Of a DNA stretch of 52,551 nt, positions 17,681 through 25,904 are shown in pieces. Each line of letters opens with the position of its first letter. The stretch's first letter is position 1. Below the pieces are notes generated by a model. That model was not told the origin of the DNA, did not search any database, and worked only from the letters and a program-made list of their open reading frames with translations. This stretch comes from an uncultured Acidobacteriaceae bacterium (GTDB taxonomy: Bacteria > Acidobacteriota > Terriglobia > Terriglobales > Acidobacteriaceae): contig CAZSUK010000497.1 in NCBI GenBank assembly GCA_964609355.1, positions 1 to 52,551 on the forward strand. Direction: 5' to 3'. Both the position numbers and the translations under genes were made by a program.

Positions 17681-20011
17681 ATGTCTGCCTGGCGGGTTCT
17701 CCTTGCGGTTTTCTGCCTATTCGCGCCGATGCTCCGGGCACAGCAGAAGTATGCCCTGCTAATCGGCATCGACACCTACCAGCCGCCTAATACGGTAATA
17801 AAGCCTCCTCCCGGAGTATCCAGCGGACGTTTCGCCCCGGGCGCACCGCTTTTCACCAATCTCGCCGGTCCGACCAATGACGTTGCTTCCGTGCGCCAGG
17901 TGCTCACCAGCGCAAAATTCGGCTTTCCCAATGACGACCAACACATTCACCTGCTGGAAAACGGTGAGGCGACGCGAGTGGGCATCCTGGCGGCGATGAA
18001 CAAATATTTAATTAATGAGCCGCAGAAGGGAGACATTGTTGTCCTCTATGTCGCCGCCCATGGGTCCTTGCGAGTTAACACAAAATCGAAGAAGCAAACC
18101 TTCGATCTTGGGGGTAAGCCCACCCCACTCGATAACACCATAGTGCCCGCGGACGCTTATCTGGGTGCGGAGGATGTTCGCGACCGCGAAATGGCTCGCA
18201 TTTTCAACCAGGCTTTGGACAAAGGAATTCGCCTGACCGCCATTTTCGATACCTGCCATTCAGGGGGCACAGCGCGTGGGGCGCAGAGCGGGCCCAGGAT
18301 GGCGGCGCGCATGCTGGCCTACGATCCCCGGGATATCGCGGAGCCTCCTGACGTCGATGCCGGCGGCACACCGGTGATCGCACCGGAAGACCGCAGTGAC
18401 AATTCCGCCCTGATCCTGGCGGCAACACAAGTTGACCAGAAGGCGATGGAGCTGGCGGATGCTTCACCCCCGCACGGCGCCTTTACCCTGGCGTTGATCG
18501 ATGCATTGCAGGCGCTGCCGGCTAATATTCCTGCGGTCGATCTTTGGAAGCGGGTGCAGGTGGGCCTGGAAGTTGAGGGCATAACCGATCAGCAACCGGT
18601 GCTCGACGGAACCAAACGGCGAAAACAGCAACCGCTGTTCGGTGGAGAAGCCGATACCGGCAAAGTGCGGGCGGCGGTCCAACAGGTGCAGGACCAAGGA
18701 GTGATCCTAGACATCGGCGCGGTGTCAGACATCGGCATCGGCAGCGAGTTCGTATCCATTCTCCCGGCTGCAGGCGAGAAAGTAGCCCTCCGCATCACGG
18801 AGGCCGAGGGTATCGATCGCTCCAAAGCTACAGTGGTTTCTCCTGCGGGCGCGAAGGTGGCTGCCAAAGATGTCTTTGAATTGGCAAAATGGGTCCCCGC
18901 CAAAAAACCGAACCTGTACTTCTGGGTGCCTGTCTCTCAGTTGACCCAGGCGCAGATTACCGCTGCGGTGAGCGAAGCTCGATTGTCGGGTGTCCGTCTA
19001 GTGAATGATCCGACCCGCGAAGCATGGAGCTATCTCATCAGCTGGGATGGTTCGCAGTGGACTACGCAGAAAGCCGGGGTCCGCGGCGCAGATCCGCTCG
19101 CAGCAACCCTGACTGCAGACCTCATCAAGCGCAAGTTACCAAAAGACGCAGTGGTGTGGCTCAACCTGCCTCCGGCAGCGGAGGTGAGCACCCCGTTGCT
19201 GAGGAACGATCCAACCAGCGCCGCGCAAACTACCGCGAGCGAAGTCCAGGCGATGTATGTTCTGGCAGGCACGGTCACGGAAAGCGGCCCTGCGTATACC
19301 TGGTACAACCGGGGCGAGTTGATTGCCGGCCGCCAGACACCGGCGGGTTACGGAAACGGCTGCTCGGCGGATTCTCCCTACCCCATCCGTACGGAATGGG
19401 CTTCCGGTGTCGATACGGTAGCTACGCTCACCCAGTTTGCGGCCGGGCTTGCCAAGCTCAACGGATGGGTCCAGCTACTGCAATCAGGCGCAGCCGGCGG
19501 CGGCTCCGATTATCCCTACCACCTCTCCCTGCTGCGTGAAGCCGACAGTACGACCGCGGAGGACAAGGGAAAAACCCATGCCGACGATGTTTACCAAATC
19601 ATGCTCCAGGCTCGCGGAGATACGCGGGCTGATCCACGTTGGGTCTATGTGTTGGCGATTGATTGCCAGGGAAAGGGAGACTTGATGTTCCCGCAACAGG
19701 GCGGCAACAATCGCTATCCCCTGGAAGCCGGCAGGCTCGACCAGATTCGGCTGCCTGGCGCAAGGTTTAAAATCTCGCCTCCATTTGGAACCGACACCTA
19801 TGTACTTTTGTCGACGTCGACGCAGCTAGCCAATCCTGACGCGCTGAGCTTCGAAAGCGTGACTCGGGGTCCGCTCAAAGAACCGTCTTCACCGGTCGAG
19901 ATGCTGCTGATTTCTACCAGTGCGGGAGAGCAGGGAGCCACCTTGGAGACGCCTACGGACTGGGGAGTGGAATACCTGCAGATGCATAGCCAGCCGGAAA
20001 AAGCACCGTGA
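17681..20011 (+). CDS. Secreted caspase-family (peptidase C14) protein with a long C-terminal extension
   Basis: Sec leader MSAWRVLLAVFCLFAPMLRAQQ. Caspase fold with YALLIGIDTY and the His/Cys dyad VVLYVAAHGS ... AIFDTCHSGG. About 480 further aa, whose end (WVYVLAIDCQGKGDLMFPQ...YVLLSTS) resembles DUF4384 from memory. Confidence 0.85.
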   Translation: MSAWRVLLAVFCLFAPMLRAQQKYALLIGIDTYQPPNTVIKPPPGVSSGRFAPGAPLFTNLAGPTNDVASVRQVLTSAKFGFPNDDQHIHLLENGEATRVGILAAMNKYLINEPQKGDIVVLYVAAHGSLRVNTKSKKQTFDLGGKPTPLDNTIVPADAYLGAEDVRDREMARIFNQALDKGIRLTAIFDTCHSGGTARGAQSGPRMAARMLAYDPRDIAEPPDVDAGGTPVIAPEDRSDNSALILAATQVDQKAMELADASPPHGAFTLALIDALQALPANIPAVDLWKRVQVGLEVEGITDQQPVLDGTKRRKQQPLFGGEADTGKVRAAVQQVQDQGVILDIGAVSDIGIGSEFVSILPAAGEKVALRITEAEGIDRSKATVVSPAGAKVAAKDVFELAKWVPAKKPNLYFWVPVSQLTQAQITAAVSEARLSGVRLVNDPTREAWSYLISWDGSQWTTQKAGVRGADPLAATLTADLIKRKLPKDAVVWLNLPPAAEVSTPLLRNDPTSAAQTTASEVQAMYVLAGTVTESGPAYTWYNRGELIAGRQTPAGYGNGCSADSPYPIRTEWASGVDTVATLTQFAAGLAKLNGWVQLLQSGAAGGGSDYPYHLSLLREADSTTAEDKGKTHADDVYQIMLQARGDTRADPRWVYVLAIDCQGKGDLMFPQQGGNNRYPLEAGRLDQIRLPGARFKISPPFGTDTYVLLSTSTQLANPDALSFESVTRGPLKEPSSPVEMLLISTSAGEQGATLETPTDWGVEYLQMHSQPEKAP

Positions 20012-20014
20012 GTG

Positions 20015-21757
20015 TTACTTTACGAATTTCAGATTGGTATCGCCGTAGAGTACATAAGCCAACGCGGTAGGGTTGCCCGTATCCTTATAGACCTCGCGTC
20101 GCGTGCGCTCCAGGGCCGCGCTCACATCCACTGGGCCGCTAGCCAGCCCATCTTGTACCAGCTGATAAAAGTGCACTGAGAATTTAGCTGCTACCTGGTC
20201 GTTGACTGGCCATAGTGCGCCAATATATCCAATGGCGCCCTTGCTCAGGACCGCGGGACCGAAGCCATCCACGAAGTTGCCGCTGCGCGTCGCATTTCCG
20301 ACATCGCATGCATTGAAGAAGAAAAAAGTATGGCTTAACGGTGGACTTTGCGCCATCGAGCGCCACGATGTCACGTCCAGAGCTCCATCTTCCAGTAAGA
20401 TCTCAAACTCATTGTTGGCCGCATCCAATTCTCCGTGTCCTGCAAAATGAACAATGCCTTGAGGCGGATTTTGAAAGAGTGCTTTCAATGCATTCCTGTT
20501 TCCGTTGATGGCGCTGTAGCCGCTTAGCCGGGCAAGCTGCTGGGTCTCTTCTGCCTCCCCATCCAGCGATCGACTGCCGGTGTAGTGCGGCGCAATCACA
20601 AACGTATGAGGAATATTCTCTGAGTACGGAGGGTTTTGCGTCATTGCCCCACCACTGGTATCCCAGCGAGCCACAGAATAATCCAGGCCAAGAAAGTTCT
20701 GTTCATCAGTGCCGTCTTCCCGTACCGGCCGCATCAACTCCCACGGTATGTCCGGCTGGTCCGATTCAATCTGAATGGTACGAAACAGCTTGCCCCGTGC
20801 GGCGATCGTTGCCCAAAAAGCCCTTTTGAATACGTCGGGCGCATAGTGCTGATAGAGCACCTCCCCGAACCCTTTTGCGTGTTCGCTTACGCGGTCGGGA
20901 GCAATCAACTGGGATCCACGCCCGGCACTCGCAGGCGAATGTTGTGCGAGCCACTCTGGAAAGCCGGTTAAATCCGGTAACTTGCCCGGGGGAAGATGAA
21001 AGTATGGGGAAAAGATGAATACGTTGTTATCCCTGATGAAGACCAGCAGGTCTGGTTTGGGCACCGTGTTGTCGAGAGCTCCAGATGCATTGCCGACCGA
21101 CGCCGCCGTGGTTGCCATTGGTCTGCTGGGAGGTTCCGCAGCCTGCTGGGGCGTAGTGGGGATGACGTGAACATCCCGGCTGATGAACGCCAGGTACGCA
21201 TTGTTGTAGCCAAAAGTGGCCACCAAATGGATCACGCCACTGGCCGCGGCCGCAGGGCTGGCTTTGACAACAAAGGTGGCCGCGGTGGCATTACCGTGGC
21301 GCGGCAACTCGATACTGGTCATTCCCGTTCCGTGACTAAATACCAAGCCGTCTCCGGCCAGAGTCACGTCCAATTTCCAGCTCTGCTGTGGGGTGGCCGG
21401 CAGGGTGAACACCAATTTGCCCTCAGGAGTCGAATCTCCATTGAGGATTTCTGCGTTGCTTAGCTTCTGCTCCGTCAGCGAAACAACGACGGTGAAGTCC
21501 TGGCCCGCGGCTACAGATTCCGGACTTAGGAGCAAGGGATATGTTTCCACCCGCTCTTGTGCCGGTGTGGAATCTGACTGGGTTACCGGGACCTTGCTTG
21601 GGGTGGCAGCCGGCGACCTGGTATCCATCGATACGTCATTGCCGATGGAGTTTGTGGAAGGAGCTCGCGTGTTGACCGTAGGACTACGCCCAAAGACAAG
21701 CCAAAGCGAAATGGCCACACCAGCAATCGCCAGCCAGTATTTCTTTTCAAGAGCCAT
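20015..21757 (-). CDS. Membrane-anchored CHAT domain (caspase-fold) protein
   Basis: N-terminal TM helix (KKYWLAIAGVAISLWLVFG), S/T/P-rich linker, beta-rich module. C-terminal CHAT-like domain with IVHFAGHGELD and FFFFNACDVGN (His/Cys dyad). Confidence 0.8.
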   Translation of the reverse strand: MALEKKYWLAIAGVAISLWLVFGRSPTVNTRAPSTNSIGNDVSMDTRSPAATPSKVPVTQSDSTPAQERVETYPLLLSPESVAAGQDFTVVVSLTEQKLSNAEILNGDSTPEGKLVFTLPATPQQSWKLDVTLAGDGLVFSHGTGMTSIELPRHGNATAATFVVKASPAAAASGVIHLVATFGYNNAYLAFISRDVHVIPTTPQQAAEPPSRPMATTAASVGNASGALDNTVPKPDLLVFIRDNNVFIFSPYFHLPPGKLPDLTGFPEWLAQHSPASAGRGSQLIAPDRVSEHAKGFGEVLYQHYAPDVFKRAFWATIAARGKLFRTIQIESDQPDIPWELMRPVREDGTDEQNFLGLDYSVARWDTSGGAMTQNPPYSENIPHTFVIAPHYTGSRSLDGEAEETQQLARLSGYSAINGNRNALKALFQNPPQGIVHFAGHGELDAANNEFEILLEDGALDVTSWRSMAQSPPLSHTFFFFNACDVGNATRSGNFVDGFGPAVLSKGAIGYIGALWPVNDQVAAKFSVHFYQLVQDGLASGPVDVSAALERTRREVYKDTGNPTALAYVLYGDTNLKFVK

Positions 21758-21827
21758 GTTAGTGCGGGCAATATATCACCCTCACCGCTTGGTGAGAAGA
21801 TGCCATGGTCATGGCCGCCCAAATATA

Positions 21828-21855
21828 GGTGGGTGACCCAGGTCTCAGCGAGAAC
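21828..21855. repeat. Degenerate REP-like element (GGTGGGTGACCCAGGTCTCAGCGAGAAC)
   Basis: Shares GTGGGTGRCCCAGGTCTC with the 12334 element. The right arm has decayed (GAGAAC instead of GAGACC). Confidence 0.35.
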
Positions 21856-21862
21856 TTTGCGC

Positions 21863-22810
21863 TTATAAAATCGTGATCTTACCGTCAGGCGTCTTGGTGA
21901 AGGCGTGAAGCGTGTTGCCATTCTGATCGAGATGGCGCAAGGTCATCAGTCGTTCGCTTACCGAAATATGGCTGAACCCATACACCGTCTTTGCGTAAGG
22001 TCCACGCTGCGAAGGGTCAATCTTGAGCGTGTATAAGTCGGCTCCGGCGCCTCCGGAAAGGAAATGGCTGGTTGGATGACCTTCGAACTCCAGGTGCTGC
22101 ATGTCATGGTCATGGCCGGCCATGTATAAGTCGACATGATATTTGCGGAATAGGGGGTCCCAATCACGAATCAATACGGGATGGTCTCCGTGGGGACCGT
22201 CGGAGAGGACCGGATGGTGCGCGATGACAGCCAGAAAAGGAGTTGTTCTGGAGCGCTTCAACTGGGTTTCAAACCAGGCAAGCTGTTCCGCTTGTTGCTC
22301 TGGTGTCAGCGTAAAATCGCGCCCAGACTTTTCCTTGCCGTCCGTGCGCGGCATATTGCTGTCCAGCGCCAGAAACGTAACCGTTGGATCTTTGGCGGGA
22401 AACTCAAAGCGATACCAGCGCGCCGGCATCGTCCAGCGGCTTCGTCCGTTGCGTGCGTACTCGAGCTCGGCATCGACTTTGCTTTCAGGGTAGTACTGAT
22501 AATCGTGGTTTCCCAGTACCGCATAGGCAGGGCAGGGAAAATCCTGGGCCGGGTACAGGTCTTCGAAGTGTGTTTTCCAACGCGCGGAACCGGCGCCTCC
22601 GGCCAGTTCGCCGTACCAGTTGTCGCCGAGCATCAGCAGCGCCTGGGCCCGAAGTGAATGCCGTTTGGCATACGCCCGCAAGCCCGCGGCTACCTGTACT
22701 TGTGCCGCGTCGTCCTCGTATCCCCAATCCCCAAGCGCCAAAATGTGCGCAGCAGCCGGGTCCGCCGGCACAGCGCGAGCGAGAGTTCGAAAAGATCCCA
22801 GGCCGGTCAA
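21863..22810 (-). CDS. Purple-acid-phosphatase-like metallophosphoesterase (N-terminal Tat leader interrupted by an in-frame TAG)
   Basis: Full PAP motif set: LALGDWG, MLGDNWY, VLGNHDY, VIAHHP, MAGHDHDMQH. The open frame starts at the TTG at 22810. The same frame continues upstream to the ATG at 22885 through a TAG at 22829-22831. Confidence 0.8.
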   Translation of the reverse strand: MTGLGSFRTLARAVPADPAAAHILALGDWGYEDDAAQVQVAAGLRAYAKRHSLRAQALLMLGDNWYGELAGGAGSARWKTHFEDLYPAQDFPCPAYAVLGNHDYQYYPESKVDAELEYARNGRSRWTMPARWYRFEFPAKDPTVTFLALDSNMPRTDGKEKSGRDFTLTPEQQAEQLAWFETQLKRSRTTPFLAVIAHHPVLSDGPHGDHPVLIRDWDPLFRKYHVDLYMAGHDHDMQHLEFEGHPTSHFLSGGAGADLYTLKIDPSQRGPYAKTVYGFSHISVSERLMTLRHLDQNGNTLHAFTKTPDGKITIL

Positions 22811-22943
22811 TGCGCTAAAGGCAAAACTCTAGCGCAGAAAGCGCCGGCGGGTCAGGGCGTCAGCAGGGGAACGAAGCACGGCCATACACGGGATTTATAC
22901 CATCCCCGTGCGAATGGAGAATAAACTGCCAACGGCGGGGCGA

Positions 22944-23909
22944 CTAGTCCCCCGGCGGCTGATCTGGTTCACGCCGGTGCCAGCGGTAAGCGGCCACCGA
23001 GTTTTTCCAAAAGAATTTTTCTTCGGCCACAGGGCCTTTGGCCGCGACATAGTTGCGCACAATCGAAAAGGTTTCCTCGTAGGTTGCATGGTGGTCGCTG
23101 TTGGGCCAGTCGCTGGCGTATAAGACGTGGTCTTCGCCGAAGACATTCCAAAGCTCCTCCAGCCTGTCGTGATTAAAGCTCGGGGCCACCGGAGCTGTCT
23201 GTTCACTGTGCGCGAGAGCTACCTCAGATAGCTTGACGAAGACGTTCTTGTTTTTCGCCAGCTGTCGCAGGACCGACCAATACTCGTCGCGCGTTGCTGC
23301 AGGCACTGCCGCACTTGGCAGGTGATCGATCACGATCCGCAACTCAGGGATGTGGTCCGCCACGCCGGAGATCGCGCGAATAAGGTTTACATCGGGATTC
23401 GCACTGTCGAGCACCAGGCCCTGGTCGGCCAACATCTTCAGCCCAGGAAGGAATTCCGGTTTCTGCGCATCTAGGCCTAAGTCCCTTCCCCACAAATTGC
23501 CGTAGCGTATGCCCAGAAACAGCGGATTGGCATGCAGCCGTTCCAGGTCCTTTTGATACGTATCCGTTCCCGGAACCAGGTCGCCGACGATGCCTACAAT
23601 GATGGGATGGTTAGCGGCTACGCGTAGCACCCAGTCGTTATCGCTGACCAGGGGGCTGGCCTCGACCACGACGGCACCCACCACTCCGAACGGCCGGGCA
23701 ATGCGGGCATACCGCCCAGGCAGGGCAGCTTTGTAAAGCGCCGTATCGGTCTTTTCGGGCCAGGGGATGCCCCCCGGACGGCTGGGATCGAACAGATGAA
23801 TGTGGGTGTCGATAATCGGGGTTTTTCCTGGAAGCGCATGGGTGACCTGCGTGGCAGCCCAGCACCCGGCGATCGAAGCACCGAGGGAGAGAAATTCGCG
23901 CCTCTGCAT
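22944..23909 (-). CDS. Amidohydrolase family (amidohydrolase_2-like) protein with Tat signal
   Basis: Leader MQRREFLSLGASIAGCWAA, metal-binding IIDTHIHLFDP, 321 aa. Confidence 0.85.
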   Translation of the reverse strand: MQRREFLSLGASIAGCWAATQVTHALPGKTPIIDTHIHLFDPSRPGGIPWPEKTDTALYKAALPGRYARIARPFGVVGAVVVEASPLVSDNDWVLRVAANHPIIVGIVGDLVPGTDTYQKDLERLHANPLFLGIRYGNLWGRDLGLDAQKPEFLPGLKMLADQGLVLDSANPDVNLIRAISGVADHIPELRIVIDHLPSAAVPAATRDEYWSVLRQLAKNKNVFVKLSEVALAHSEQTAPVAPSFNHDRLEELWNVFGEDHVLYASDWPNSDHHATYEETFSIVRNYVAAKGPVAEEKFFWKNSVAAYRWHRREPDQPPGD

Positions 23910-23999
23910 GGATCACCTCTCGAAGGCCCGAAGCTTCGCCCCGACCCTGTCACGGTATCAGATGAAATGCTTTAGAATTCTCCTTTCTTTGGAGGAGCT

Positions 24000-24797
24000 T
24001 TGCAAAGACGCCATTTCCTGACTTCATCCCTGGCTGCAGCGGCGGCTGCGTTGACCTCGAGCGACTCTCACGCGCAGACGCCTGCCCCCAAGGGCCGCGA
24101 GTACTACGAACTGCGCAAGTATCGGCTGCGTTCAGGGCCGCAAACCAAACTGCTGCAAAGCTACCTGGAAAATGCGCTGATTCCCGCGCTCAACCGAGCC
24201 GGCTTCTCGCCCATCGGCGCGTTTAACCTCGACATCGGCCCGGAAACCCCGGCGACCTATTTACTTATTCCTTCCACCTCTCTCGAGTCACTCGTAACGG
24301 CCGAGCTCCAGATGGTAAAAGATGAGGAATTTATGAAAGCAGCGGCGCCCTTCTGGAACGCACCGGCGGCCGCGCCTGCTTTTGAACGAATAGAAAGCTC
24401 GCTCATGATCGCCTTCGAAGGCTGGCCCAAGTTGGTCGTGCCACCCGTGACCGCACAGCACGGAAAAAGAGTTTTCCAGCTCCGCACCTACGAAAGCCCG
24501 AGCAACCAGGACCACGTCGTCAAGGTGGAAATGTTTCACAAGGGGGAGTTTGAAGTATTTGCCCGTGCCGGTTTCTGGCAGGTGTTCTTCGGTGACACCT
24601 TGATCGGACCTCGCCTACCCCAGTTGACCTACATGGTCGGTTACCCGGATCTTTCTGAGATAGACGTGAAGTGGGATGCGTTTCGCGCCGATCCGGAATG
24701 GAAGAAGCTGTCTTCTTTGCCCAGGTACAGTTCCGAATCGATTGTCGATACCATTTCCAACCTGGTGCTCAGGCCGGCATCATTTTCTCAGATATAG
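24000..24797 (+). CDS. NIPSNAP family protein with Tat signal
   Basis: TTG start at 24000 preceded by GGAGGAG. Leader (M)QRRHFLTSSLAAAAAAL. Two NIPSNAP-like halves (YYELRKYRL..., VFQLRTYES...). Confidence 0.8.
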   Translation: MQRRHFLTSSLAAAAAALTSSDSHAQTPAPKGREYYELRKYRLRSGPQTKLLQSYLENALIPALNRAGFSPIGAFNLDIGPETPATYLLIPSTSLESLVTAELQMVKDEEFMKAAAPFWNAPAAAPAFERIESSLMIAFEGWPKLVVPPVTAQHGKRVFQLRTYESPSNQDHVVKVEMFHKGEFEVFARAGFWQVFFGDTLIGPRLPQLTYMVGYPDLSEIDVKWDAFRADPEWKKLSSLPRYSSESIVDTISNLVLRPASFSQI

Positions 24798-24806
24798 GGC
24801 TAAGCT

Positions 24807-24908
24807 GTTTCGCAATTGGTGTAGCCCGCAGCGACAGGCCTTGTCGTGGTTTTCTCTCAAGGAAAACCACTCCTCCCGATCTTTGCCAGACCGCCGTAAT
24901 TGCGAAAC
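24807..24908. repeat. Nested inverted repeats in a convergent intergenic region
   Basis: Outer 11-bp perfect arms GTTTCGCAATT (24807-24817) and AATTGCGAAAC (24898-24908). Inner 8-bp hairpin TGGTTTTC/GAAAACCA at 24847-24869. Confidence 0.4.
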
Positions 24909-24912
24909 TGCT

Positions 24913-25896
24913 CTATTCATCGAGCCCGAGCTCTTTGATGCCTTTGCCGCCGTGTTTCTTCAGGTCCGCCAGCAGCCCTTCGTCTGACAGGTCAAGCGTG
25001 TGGGAGTGCTTCCAGTCATGGCGCACCACGTCATGCAGGCGGTCAACGATGTGCTTGTCAACCACCTCGATGGCCAGCTCGCGCCGGCTGCTAAAACTAC
25101 CGGGGGCCAGGTTGATCGATCCCACGATCGCCTTTTCTCCGTCGGCCAGGAGCATTTTTGCATGAAGCTTAAGATGCTTCAGTTTGCGTACTTCGACGCC
25201 CACGTCATTGAGGATCCGTAACCCTCCGACGCCTTCCAGCAGTTTTTCTTTCTTGAGCGTGTGCGGAGGTCGCGCCATCGCATGCACTTTAACTCCGCGT
25301 GTTTTTGCCCGCACCAGGTGTTCGATGATCATCTGGTCCTGATACCGTTCATTCTGTAACCACAGCGAATGCTTGGCATCGTCAATGAACTGGGTAATCC
25401 GTTCGCGGCCATTTCCGCGGCACCAGATCAGATGAGCGCTGTTTCCGGAAGCAAAGTTCTGGCGGCTCCAGTCGGCTTCAAAGCACTCGATGATTTCCGC
25501 AACTTCATGCGGCTCCGTGGTGATGATCGCGTAGTCGCGCGTCTCGGTTAGGTTTTCACTTTCCCAATTCAGCGATTTCACGAACGCCGTAGCGCTGTCG
25601 ATCACCATGGATTTTTCATGGGTGATGTCGAATTCCGGATTGCTATCCAGTACCTGGACCCCGGCCGCCTCTAATGCGGCGCGGCTTTCTTCGTTCTCAG
25701 AAACACCATTACGGCGCTTGGGGTTGAGCATGATGCGCACCTTCACACCCCGGTGCTGCGCTTCCACTACCGCCGCGAGTAAGGACGGATCGGTGAAGAC
25801 GAACATTTTGATGCGCAGTGACTCGGTCGCGCGATGAATTGCGTCCAGGATCGGCTTTGCGGAATCGTCTGGTAAAACAAGCAGACTACGGGACAT
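24913..25896 (-). CDS. Phospholipase D-like protein with two HKD motifs (cardiolipin synthase/PLD superfamily), soluble
   Basis: 327 aa with two HxK..D motifs (THEKSMVID and LHAKMLLADGEKAIVGSINL). No TM segment. Starts 8 nt downstream of the ABC exporter stop. Confidence 0.85.
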   Translation of the reverse strand: MSRSLLVLPDDSAKPILDAIHRATESLRIKMFVFTDPSLLAAVVEAQHRGVKVRIMLNPKRRNGVSENEESRAALEAAGVQVLDSNPEFDITHEKSMVIDSATAFVKSLNWESENLTETRDYAIITTEPHEVAEIIECFEADWSRQNFASGNSAHLIWCRGNGRERITQFIDDAKHSLWLQNERYQDQMIIEHLVRAKTRGVKVHAMARPPHTLKKEKLLEGVGGLRILNDVGVEVRKLKHLKLHAKMLLADGEKAIVGSINLAPGSFSSRRELAIEVVDKHIVDRLHDVVRHDWKHSHTLDLSDEGLLADLKKHGGKGIKELGLDE

Positions 25897-25904
25897 CTGC
25901 GCCT

